From: Phycisphaerales bacterium
GTDB taxonomy: Bacteria; Planctomycetota; Phycisphaerae; UBA1845
Assembly (NCBI GenBank): GCA_020350565.1
Contig: CP070718.1
Location: 2,683,061-2,733,471 of the forward strand
DNA: 50,411 nucleotides
Reading direction: 5' to 3'
The number at the start of each line of letters is the position of its first letter. The stretch's first letter is position 1. The position numbers were made by a program, and so were the translations under genes. A model generated the notes under the pieces. It did no database searches, was not told the origin of the DNA, and saw nothing but the letters and a program-made list of their open reading frames with translations. Positions 1-8,304 of this stretch are shown here, one piece after another.

Positions 1-432
1 ATTATTCGAATCCGCCCTGACGACACGTGGGAGACGGTTGTCGGTCCCGGTTCGATCAGCGGCTTCGAGTCGGGTTTCGACCACTGGCCGAACACGTACA
101 TCTGGTCGATGACCGTCCACGATGGGTGGCTCTATACGGCGACTTACGACCAGGTCAGCCCATTCTTCAACGTGTTGGAGAACCTGGATCGCGTTATCAA
201 GGCGCTGTTGCAGGCGCGCGTAGCCAATGTCTTCGAGCGTGTCTGGCGGGCAGGCTCAGACTTGTACAAGACGCAGGACGGCGTGACGTGGTATCGTGTC
301 ACGTTGACCGGCTTCGGTGATGTGGGCAACTATGGCTTTCGAACGATGGAATCTGTCGGTGACTATCTGTATGTTGGAACGACAAACCCGTTCGACGGTC
401 TGGAGATCTGGCGCGGTTGGGCGCGCGAATGA
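1..432 (+). CDS. 3' part of a hypothetical protein, 5'-truncated by the window edge
   Basis: Frame +1 is open from nt 1 to the TGA at 430-432. The listed ORF 109..432 is only the part after the first Met. Strand-like DGWLYTATYD and GDYLYVGTTNPFDGLEIW segments are present, but no family was recognised. Confidence 0.55.
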   Translation: MIRIRPDDTWETVVGPGSISGFESGFDHWPNTYIWSMTVHDGWLYTATYDQVSPFFNVLENLDRVIKALLQARVANVFERVWRAGSDLYKTQDGVTWYRVTLTGFGDVGNYGFRTMESVGDYLYVGTTNPFDGLEIWRGWARE

Positions 433-575
433 GGTCCGGCCTTCGTCGTGGCGCCGACCATGCAGATAGCGTGAACGTTCAAGATACACACCCGAGGCAC
501 AAACCGGCTCAACACGCAAGGTAGGATGATCAAGTCAGCGAAGATGAGCCGTTTTCCGATGAGCACTTTTGTGAT

Positions 576-648
576 TGGGCCTGGAGGGATTCGAACCCCC
601 GACCAAGTGATTATGAGTCACCTGCTCTGACCACTGAGCTACAGACCC
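576..648 (-). tRNA. tRNA with CAT anticodon (Met; initiator, elongator or Ile2-lysidine type not resolved)
   Basis: The reverse complement reads GGGTCTG TA GCTC AGTGGTCA GAGC A GGTGA CTCATAA TCACT TGGTC GGGGG TTCGAAT CCCTC CAGGCCC A. This is a 73 nt cloverleaf with a 7-bp acceptor stem (one G-U), a TTCGAAT T-loop and a CAT anticodon. CCA is not encoded. Confidence 0.9.
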
Positions 649-699
649 GCTCAGGGCATTCAATCATTCGGGCGTGATGTTGTCAATCGAGGTGCCAGG

Positions 700-795
700 G
701 GGCCGTTTTCCGAGTCCGGAGCGCAAGCGATTGGTGGTTGGTCCCCGTGCCGGCGCTTGGGGCTCGGATCGGTCGCGCCGGAGTGCACTCGGTGG
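700..795 (-). repeat. Copy A of a structured intergenic repeat family (reverse orientation, right arm missing)
   Basis: The reverse complement aligns by eye with 24601-24720 and 50042-50160. Shared core: CCACC..TCCGG..GATCCGAGCCCCAAGCGCC..loop..TCGCTTGCGC.TCCGG.CTCGGAAAA. Confidence 0.75.
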
Positions 796-1129
796 TTTGG
801 CAGGTCAGACCGTGGCACGCCCAATGGGATGCAGCCGTGCGGGATGAGCGGGTCGGCCCCGGTTCTTCCGGTGAGGAGGCCGGTTTGCGACGCGGGGCTT
901 TTGTCTTGGTGGAAGCACAACCGAAAGGAGGGGCTTATCAGGTTCGCCGAGAAGGGTGCGGTGGGTGATGTGCGGTGGTTCTACGTTCAGGGGCTGCGTG
1001 CTGTTGCCGACAACTTAGGTGGTACGGAAGCCTTATGGACGTGAGAAGTGCCGATGCGAGAGATCGCGGGGGGCTTCCTGCAGGTGAAGGCCCGGTGCGG
1101 TGTGGCAGTACTGAGGCGAGGGTGCTTTC

Positions 1130-3364
1130 TTGACTTCAGGACGCGTTGACTCGATCGGACGCCGAGTTGCCTATGCCACGTGCATGGGGAGCTTAGGGGG
1201 CGCTGTGTTCGCGACGGTGGATGCGGTCGCGGTGGTGATCTGCGGCCACCGCATTCCGTGGATCATGCTGCCGCTGCTGTACGCCGGTTATCTTGTCCTT
1301 GGGATGATCGGGGGTGGAGCGACGGTACTGCTATCGATTTTGTGGCGTCCTCGAACCGGATCGGCGGGCCGCGAAGACGTCTGCGGCCAGATTCGCCTCG
1401 GCTGTCTGGTCGTCTACGTCAGCATCTGTGCTGCGGTTTTCGCCGAGCGGATGGTCAACGGGTGGGAGGAGTCCTTTGGCAGAAGCGTTTCGGGCGTGGC
1501 CGTCGGGATTCTGGTAAGCGGGGTATTGACCGGGTCGTTTCTTGTGGCCTGGCCCGGGCGATTGACTATTTCGCCTGGCGGCTTCGCGTGGAGCACGGCT
1601 TTCCTGGCGCTGTTTTGTTTGCTATGGGTACCATTCAGCGAGCTGTACGACGCGCCCATGCTGAGCATGGTGAGCGTTTTGGCCAGCGCGGGCTACGTGC
1701 TTGGGGCTGCATTCGTTTACTCTTTGGGTCTTTGGATTGCTCGCCGCCTGCCCCGGTTGGCATCGGTAGAGCGCGTGGCCGGCTGCCTCAAGACAACCGG
1801 CGTGTTGACGCTGATCGGTTTGGCGACGTCGATTTGTGCTCTTTGGCTGACGGCACGCGCGCCGATTGACCTGGCCGACGCTCGACGCACTTTTGCAGCT
1901 CAGGGTACGGCTCGGGGAATGCCGAACGTCATCCTCATCGTCATGGACACGGTGCGGGACGATCACCTGTCCGTGTACGGCTATCCGAGAAAGACCACAC
2001 CCAACGTCGACGCCTTCGCGCACGAATCTGTCTGCTACGCCCAGGCGGTTGCCCCGTCATCGTATACGCTTTCATCCCACGCCTCGATGTTCACGGGGCT
2101 GTTGCCGAGCGAGCATGGGGCCCATCGTCATCTACGTGATCCGGAGGTCAACGACGGCAGGGCGCCGTATCCGCTGCCTGGGGACGCGGTGACGTTAGCG
2201 GAGGTGCTCCTGGAAAACGGCTATGAGACGGTGGCCGTCGTCGGCAACACGGTTCTGTTGGACCGTGCTTTCGGTCTGGCTCAGGGATTTCTCTACTACG
2301 ATGATCGGTCGAGGTCGGCTTCTGCAACCGCCTCGCCGGATGTCTTTTCACCGGCCCTTTGGCTGTGCAGCTTGTATCAGCAAATCGCCGGCAGGTCCGG
2401 CCGGACTTGGCGCGATGCGGCCGCGGTTAACGACAGCGTTCTGAACTGGCTGGATCGGCGATCTGGCGCGCCGTTTTTCCTGTTCATTAACTACATGGAT
2501 CCCCATGGGCCTTATGGGATGCACCCGGAATGCGCGAGGCAGTTGGCGTCCAAGGGCGGTGCGGAGCAGAGCCCGGAGTTGGCTGGCTCAGGCTTTCAGC
2601 ATTGTGCCCTTCGCGGCCACAGTGTGCCGCGGCCTGATGATGCGAAGGCATTTTCGGATGAACGACTGGCGCGCTTGTTCGACGGTTCCACCGAGGGCAA
2701 GCCGGATCTGCACCAGGCGGTGCATCGGTACGACTGCGAAATCGCTTTCACAGACGCGCAAATCGGTTTTCTGTTTGACGAACTCAAAGCGAGGAGTGTC
2801 TATGACGATTCGCTGATCATCGTGACGAGTGATCATGGTGAGGCCTTCGGTGAGCACGGACACCTGGAGCACAGCAATTCGGTGTATGAGGAGGAGGTTC
2901 GGGTCCCGCTGCTGGTTCGGTATCCCGGTGGGTGCGAGCGTGGGATTCGTGACGGCTGGATATCGCTGACCGCCCTGATGCCTATCATTCTCGATCACCT
3001 GGGAATCAAGGGCGGTCCTGATGAAGCGGTGGTGGCCAAGGAGGTCATTGCCGAGATGCATTTCGCCGAACTACGAAACGATCGCGAGGGGCAGTGGGTG
3101 ACGCGGGCCATGTACACAGCCGACGGCGTCAAAGTGGTCACTGCCCCGACGCCGGACGGTATCACGGAGGTCTATGACCTGGTAGCAGACCCGTATGAGA
3201 CGCGGAGTCTGCTCGGGGAGAAGTCGCAACTCGCACGCTCTGCAGAGGACTGGTTCGATGAATGGGAAGCGGGTTTGTCGGCGCGCCGGGCCACCCAGGC
3301 CAGCACCATCGTGCTGGACGAGGACCAGCTTCGCCAACTTCGGAGCTTGGGGTATATCGATTGA
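1130..3364 (+). CDS. Polytopic membrane protein fused to a sulfatase-family (alkaline-phosphatase superfamily) domain; Thr replaces the FGly Cys/Ser
   Basis: About 250 aa of hydrophobic helices precede NVILIVMDTVRDDHLSVYGY (metal site), APSSYTLSSHASMFTG (T..SH where CxPxR is expected) and VTSDHGEAFGEHGH. The start is uncertain: TTG 1130 versus ATG 1184. Confidence 0.85.
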   Translation: MTSGRVDSIGRRVAYATCMGSLGGAVFATVDAVAVVICGHRIPWIMLPLLYAGYLVLGMIGGGATVLLSILWRPRTGSAGREDVCGQIRLGCLVVYVSICAAVFAERMVNGWEESFGRSVSGVAVGILVSGVLTGSFLVAWPGRLTISPGGFAWSTAFLALFCLLWVPFSELYDAPMLSMVSVLASAGYVLGAAFVYSLGLWIARRLPRLASVERVAGCLKTTGVLTLIGLATSICALWLTARAPIDLADARRTFAAQGTARGMPNVILIVMDTVRDDHLSVYGYPRKTTPNVDAFAHESVCYAQAVAPSSYTLSSHASMFTGLLPSEHGAHRHLRDPEVNDGRAPYPLPGDAVTLAEVLLENGYETVAVVGNTVLLDRAFGLAQGFLYYDDRSRSASATASPDVFSPALWLCSLYQQIAGRSGRTWRDAAAVNDSVLNWLDRRSGAPFFLFINYMDPHGPYGMHPECARQLASKGGAEQSPELAGSGFQHCALRGHSVPRPDDAKAFSDERLARLFDGSTEGKPDLHQAVHRYDCEIAFTDAQIGFLFDELKARSVYDDSLIIVTSDHGEAFGEHGHLEHSNSVYEEEVRVPLLVRYPGGCERGIRDGWISLTALMPIILDHLGIKGGPDEAVVAKEVIAEMHFAELRNDREGQWVTRAMYTADGVKVVTAPTPDGITEVYDLVADPYETRSLLGEKSQLARSAEDWFDEWEAGLSARRATQASTIVLDEDQLRQLRSLGYID

Positions 3365-3447
3365 CCCGCCACGAGCAAAGATGACTTCCTGGAGTCCATT
3401 ACGCCCCCGGGAGTCGTAAGACAGATCCAGCTTGATCCCCGCGCGGA

Positions 3448-5937
3448 TTACAGCGTGATAAACACATCGAGGAACCTCCAAAAGTCCTCCAAATCGACGT
3501 CGTTGTCATTGTCCATGTCGGACAATTCGAAGTTCGTGGTGTCGCATTCGAGAGGAGGCGTGGACTCATTGGGGCCTGCCAGGCATTCGGCGAACAGGTC
3601 GTAGTCCATCAGGTCGATGTAGCAGTCCTCATTGATGTCCCCGGCGCAGTGGTCAATGGTCGACAGGTCCGTCTGGATGAAGTCATCCGGGATGCCGTTG
3701 CCTGCGGACAGCCCGATCAAGGGATCAGCAGAGTCGACGCCCGCCCATGTGATGCGGACCACGCCGTTGTAGAACAGCTCGATCTGGAAGGTGTTTGAGC
3801 CTGTGGCGGAGTATTCGGGCACATTCTCCCAGGTGACAGCCATCCGGTCGGCGAGATCTCTGTAGCTGACGGTGCCGCCGGCGGAGGGATTCAAATCGTC
3901 GAACAATGCCGCCACGCGAGGCTTGCTGAAGTGAGCCTCTATCGTTTCATCATAGGTCGAGTCACCGCTATTGAAAGTGATGTTGCCGTTGGCATTCACG
4001 TAGAAGGAATTGTACGCGGTTCCATACAGTGCGACCTGTCCGAACGTGGCCGTGACCACAGCGGAGCCGTCATCGCTGAGGGAGAGCGTGCTGCCTCCAC
4101 TCGGGTCGGTCGGCAGTTGGCTGGCGGGGGCCCTGCACGGGCCGTAGTAGTTGCCGGAGCCGTTGGGGATGAAGGAAAGACTGTAACCGTCCAAGTCGAA
4201 GCCGGATGAGAAGTCCTGCGTGAAGTAGTCGCCCTGAGCGAGCGTGGTAAAGCTGAAGGCGTCTGAGTAACCGCTGGTTCCGCAGGCGTTGTTGGCACTG
4301 ACGTGCCAGTAGTAGGTTGTGTCGGCGTCGAGCATGATTTCCACGACGTGCGTCGTATCGGTGGAAGTAGTGGAGTAGATGACGTTGGTGAAGTCCCCAT
4401 CGGTTGCGATCTCGAGGTCATATGTGGCCGCCTGGGTAACCGGCAGCCAGGTCATCTGCGGTGTCCTAGAAACCTCGACGGCGCCGTCCGCGGGGGCGTC
4501 CAGCGTAACGCTGCCCGGAACCGAGTTCGCCACATGCAATGCAACGCTCGCCGATTTCTCCATCGTTGCGGAAGTTCCGGTGATCAGGATGTCGTAGGTG
4601 TCGGGCGGAACGCCGATGAGCCCACTCACGGTCATGACCGTATCAAACGGCGGAACCTGGGAGTTGACGCTGAAACTGACGCTCGTGCCGTTGGGCTCGC
4701 CGGAGGCGGTCAAGGTGACCACTTCATCGAAATCGCCGGTACCTCTCACCTCGATGGTGTACTGTGCCTGGTCGTCCGGCGGGGAACAGACCTGTTGCGA
4801 GAGGGGATCGGGCGAAATGCCGAAGCCGAAGGGTTGCGGCAATAGCAGGGACGGGTCGCCGAGGATGGCGAACATCTCGAACATGTTGCGGGTAATGTCG
4901 CCGTCGCCGTAGTCGGGGTCCGCAAGCAGACGATAGAGTCCCGCATGCCAGGCCGGTCCGATCTCCCAGATGTCGTCCACGAAGAACGATTCAAAGAAGT
5001 ATTTCTCGAGCCGGCGGGAGGACTCCCACTGCTCGCCTCCGTAGTAAATGTAGTTGGAGGCCGAGATGTAGGCCGCCGCTCCTTTGTGAGTCTCGCGGAT
5101 CCACGTTTCGCCGAAGCATTCCGGGTAATCGAAGTGGGCAGTGTTGCAGGAGAAGCCGAAGACCAGCCCATACAGCCCATCGTTGCTCAGGTTTTGGATG
5201 TCGTCCTGGTCGAAGGAAGGCGCCCACCAGCCGCCCGAGTCGCTGTGTCCGAAGTAGACCATGAAGAGCGTGCCGTTGTTGACCGCCTCGGTGACATCGC
5301 TGGTGCTGCCACCCTGTGCGGCGTAGACGAGGATGGGATCGTATTCGGCGGGCAGGATGTAGTTCTCGATGACCCAGTCGTGCGTCTCCTCCGCTCCACT
5401 GGCCATGTCGCTGCTTGCGAGGAAGGTAGCGCGCTTGACGTAATCCGGGTCGATGTAGCTGCCGCCTTCGATGGTGAGGGTTTTGTCAACGACGGCCTCG
5501 AGCTGGGCTAACGAACTGACGGCGAACCGACCCACCGGGATCTCGGGGAACCAGTCGTCGTCTTCATCCATGCAGCCGTAGGGCAGGTCGGTGACTGCAT
5601 GTTTGGAGCCGCCGCCCGTCCAGTAGGGCACTGCGGGCGCGTCGCCGATGAGAAGGATGTAGTCAGGCGCGAGTTGTGTGCCCCAAAGGCTTTCGATTTC
5701 ATTCTTGAGGGTTTCTGCGCTCATGCCGGACGTTACGACATAAGTCTTGACAACGAGCCCCTGGTTCTGTTTGGCGGCGACCAATGCATTCACTGGCGCA
5801 GCTCCGTCGAACTCCTCCGCCACGGCGATGAAGAGCTTCCCCTCTCGCTCGGCAGCGTGGGCGAGCGTGCCGGTCACGATCACGGCGGCGATGAGAAACA
5901 CTCGGAGCCCCTTGTTTGGTGAATTCTGCGTTGCCAT
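3448..5937 (-). CDS. Secreted multidomain peptidase C25 (gingipain-like) with Ig/FN3-like, NIDO-like and C-terminal dockerin-type repeats
   Basis: Signal peptide MATQNSPNKGLRVFLIAAVIVTGTLAHA. His/Cys dyad context YFGHSDSGGWW and GFSCNTAHF. TYYWHVSANNACG FN3-like module. NGNITFNS..VAALFDDLNP..SNTFQIELFYNG NIDO-like module. Ca-loop pair DINEDCYIDLMD and DMDNDNDVDLED. The track ORF extends to 6003, but ATG 5937 gives a normal signal peptide. Confidence 0.85.
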   Translation of the reverse strand: MATQNSPNKGLRVFLIAAVIVTGTLAHAAEREGKLFIAVAEEFDGAAPVNALVAAKQNQGLVVKTYVVTSGMSAETLKNEIESLWGTQLAPDYILLIGDAPAVPYWTGGGSKHAVTDLPYGCMDEDDDWFPEIPVGRFAVSSLAQLEAVVDKTLTIEGGSYIDPDYVKRATFLASSDMASGAEETHDWVIENYILPAEYDPILVYAAQGGSTSDVTEAVNNGTLFMVYFGHSDSGGWWAPSFDQDDIQNLSNDGLYGLVFGFSCNTAHFDYPECFGETWIRETHKGAAAYISASNYIYYGGEQWESSRRLEKYFFESFFVDDIWEIGPAWHAGLYRLLADPDYGDGDITRNMFEMFAILGDPSLLLPQPFGFGISPDPLSQQVCSPPDDQAQYTIEVRGTGDFDEVVTLTASGEPNGTSVSFSVNSQVPPFDTVMTVSGLIGVPPDTYDILITGTSATMEKSASVALHVANSVPGSVTLDAPADGAVEVSRTPQMTWLPVTQAATYDLEIATDGDFTNVIYSTTSTDTTHVVEIMLDADTTYYWHVSANNACGTSGYSDAFSFTTLAQGDYFTQDFSSGFDLDGYSLSFIPNGSGNYYGPCRAPASQLPTDPSGGSTLSLSDDGSAVVTATFGQVALYGTAYNSFYVNANGNITFNSGDSTYDETIEAHFSKPRVAALFDDLNPSAGGTVSYRDLADRMAVTWENVPEYSATGSNTFQIELFYNGVVRITWAGVDSADPLIGLSAGNGIPDDFIQTDLSTIDHCAGDINEDCYIDLMDYDLFAECLAGPNESTPPLECDTTNFELSDMDNDNDVDLEDFWRFLDVFITL

Positions 5938-6297
5938 CAGGTTTCCCCGCTTTGGTCTGTGCATCTGCCGGGAAGGCTTGGCTGGGTGGCCCAAACTGTT
6001 CATTGGGCCAGGCCGGCCCGTGAAGTCCGATATTCAAATCTTCCTTGCGTAGCGTACCCCGCTTGGGGTGGCCGGAGTCGTGCCGTCACCTTGACATTCA
6101 CAAGGCAAGGCTGGCGCGCTCTTGAAGACGCTCATACGCAAGCACCGAGTTCAGCAACCCTTCACCATCGTACCGTGAACCGGATGTTGAAATCAAGATC
6201 ATAAGATCGGCAGAGGTGATGGTTGTTTGTTCCGTAGGAGGGGCGCTAGAAGGCGACGGGTGGCGGGTGCGGATTGCCCAACCTGTCGCGTGAGGCT

Positions 6298-7731
6298 TCA
6301 AGGCGGCCTCGTCGTGGCGATGGCCCAGCAAATATGGGCCGTCGCCAGCAGTGCGAGAATCGTCGCGCCCCATTCCACGCGGCGCGAGGCGGCGCGTTCG
6401 CTTACATGCTGCTCGCGGACGAGACGCAGGTGTTCAGTGACGGTTGGAGCGTTCGCCTGTCGCTGCGGGGGGACCTTGGCGATCCGATCCTCAAACGCTC
6501 GCGTGACCCGTCTTTCGGTCCGCTCCCATGAGCCTGCGGGATGTGTCATCCAATTCGGCCAAGAGAGTTGGCAAGTGGCGACGACGAGGATGGCCAGGAG
6601 CCCGGGCCAGTATCGGGGCCTCAGGAATGTGAGAGCGGTCAGGAAGGGCAAGACAAGGAGGATGTACCGTTCGTGCACCCGTGTGGGCAGCATGATCGCT
6701 GCCAGCATTACGAGTGTGGTCCATGGGATCAGGACGCTTGTTTTGTGTCGCCAGCGGCAGAGCAGTCCGACGAATCCGGCGACGAGGACGATGACTAGGA
6801 ACGCTTTGCCCCACCAATCCTTCGGGATGGCCATCCATGTTGGCCGGACGTCGAGCGACTCGCAGAGCAGGGCGTCGAGATACCAGATATTGAAGGCTTT
6901 GAGCGTGGTCAGCGCGTAAGCGTGCAGCAGATTGTCGACGTAGCTGAGCCTCAGCCACGCCCAGCCGCTATGTAACGTGAACGGCAAAGTCATGAGCAGC
7001 AGTGCGCCTACAGCGATCAGAAACGAGATCACGGGCTTGCGGATCGGCCGACTGATCACAATCGCCAGTGCCCAGATCGGCAGAAAGAGGACGGCCTGCG
7101 GTTTGATCGCGGCGCAGACGGCGAGCAGCATGCCGGCGATCACCCAGCGCGGGCGCAGCATAGCCCATAACATCCAGACGGCGGGCGCGAGGAGGATGGA
7201 ATCCGTCTGCCCCCACAGGACCGAGTCAAGCCAGAACGGCGGAGCGAAGAGCATTAGCGCGTATGTCCAGCGGGCGGGCCACCCCGGCTTGTATAGTGCC
7301 ACGATGGCGGCGCATCCCCATGCCAGAATGAAGTCGGCGATGATGGACCAGCTCGAGGTGATTGCGCGCGCGGTGATGGTGTTGACGAGCCGGTCCCCGC
7401 TGACGGCCTTGAAGACGTGGCCGGTGATCCAGAAGAGGTAGCCGGAAAGCGGCGGGTAGTTGAGGGTTCGGTCTATGCCGCGCTGGCGAACGGCCCATCG
7501 ATCGCCCTGCCAGCGCTGCATGTTCCAGCGCGGGGGAGGATGATCGTAGAGTGTGAGTACGCCCTGATCGGCGGCCTGGATCCCCCAGCGGGCGTAGTCA
7601 TCGTGGTCGCCGTAATAGCCGTACTTGGGACTGAGGGGCAATACGGCCAAGCGCAGGATGAGAGCGGCCAGGGAAACACCGAGCCAGAAGAGAAGCAGGC
7701 GGCGCTTGGGCTTTGTCTGTGGGCCCGACAT
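6298..7731 (-). CDS. GT-C fold polytopic membrane glycosyltransferase (ALG6/ALG8- or PMT-like first-loop motifs)
   Basis: More than 10 hydrophobic helices. The first loop reads YGYYGDHDDYARWG ... LNYPPLSGYLFW. Confidence 0.75.
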   Translation of the reverse strand: MSGPQTKPKRRLLLFWLGVSLAALILRLAVLPLSPKYGYYGDHDDYARWGIQAADQGVLTLYDHPPPRWNMQRWQGDRWAVRQRGIDRTLNYPPLSGYLFWITGHVFKAVSGDRLVNTITARAITSSWSIIADFILAWGCAAIVALYKPGWPARWTYALMLFAPPFWLDSVLWGQTDSILLAPAVWMLWAMLRPRWVIAGMLLAVCAAIKPQAVLFLPIWALAIVISRPIRKPVISFLIAVGALLLMTLPFTLHSGWAWLRLSYVDNLLHAYALTTLKAFNIWYLDALLCESLDVRPTWMAIPKDWWGKAFLVIVLVAGFVGLLCRWRHKTSVLIPWTTLVMLAAIMLPTRVHERYILLVLPFLTALTFLRPRYWPGLLAILVVATCQLSWPNWMTHPAGSWERTERRVTRAFEDRIAKVPPQRQANAPTVTEHLRLVREQHVSERAASRRVEWGATILALLATAHICWAIATTRPP

Positions 7732-8033
7732 GTTTTCAGATCATAACCCACGAGGAGCGGTAGGGGGAGTCTGCTTTTGAAGGGCGCTGAATCCCTGCCG
7801 CTCTCCACATTTACGGTCTCGTTTTCGATTCGCCGGTTCGCTGCGGCCACTGTTGTCCCGTGGGCTACCTCGCCTGGGAAGCCATGCCGCATTTTGCAGG
7901 CACAGGCTCGCGAGCCGTACCCGGACGGGTCATCGCTACTTGCGGTTGTCGTCGGGGAAAAGCGGCGCGGAGGGTGGTGGGCTATTTGGATCGGTTCGGC
8001 TGGCGTATCGGGCCTTGAAGGACCCTTGAGCCG

Positions 8034-8225
8034 TCACCCACCCAGGTAGTTGAGTGATTGGGGCTGCCATTTCGTCTGCTCGGCGAAGAGATAAAGCTGC
8101 TGCTCCTTGATGCGGTTCTCCGTGTCCCCCCGGGCCGCAGCATACCGCCTCGGACAGGGTGGCCACGTCGATCTGTTCCGCGGGAATCGAGGTGACCACG
8201 AAGCGAGGCTTGCAGCCAACGGCGC
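8034..8225 (-). pseudogene. Frameshifted C-terminal remnant of an IS1380/IS4-type DDE transposase
   Basis: One minus-strand frame gives GCKPRFVVTSIPAEQIDVATLSEA. A -1-shifted frame continues YAAARGDTENRIKEQQLYLFAEQTKWQ..stop. This matches the remembered RFVVTNL...Y..RG..ENRIKEQQL.LFADRTS signature. There is no intact ORF or start. Confidence 0.55.
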
Positions 8226-8304
8226 AAGCGTTGTGAAGTCCGGTGCTCGGGCGTCGAATACCATCTCGTACCCGACCGCGCTCGGGTTTTTGAGAGGTTG
8301 AGGG

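Noticed and set aside
5938-6003. N-terminal extension of the C25 peptidase ORF (MNSLGHPAKPSRQMHRPKRGNL)
   Set aside because: The internal ATG 5937 yields a canonical signal peptide, so the extension is probably untranslated.
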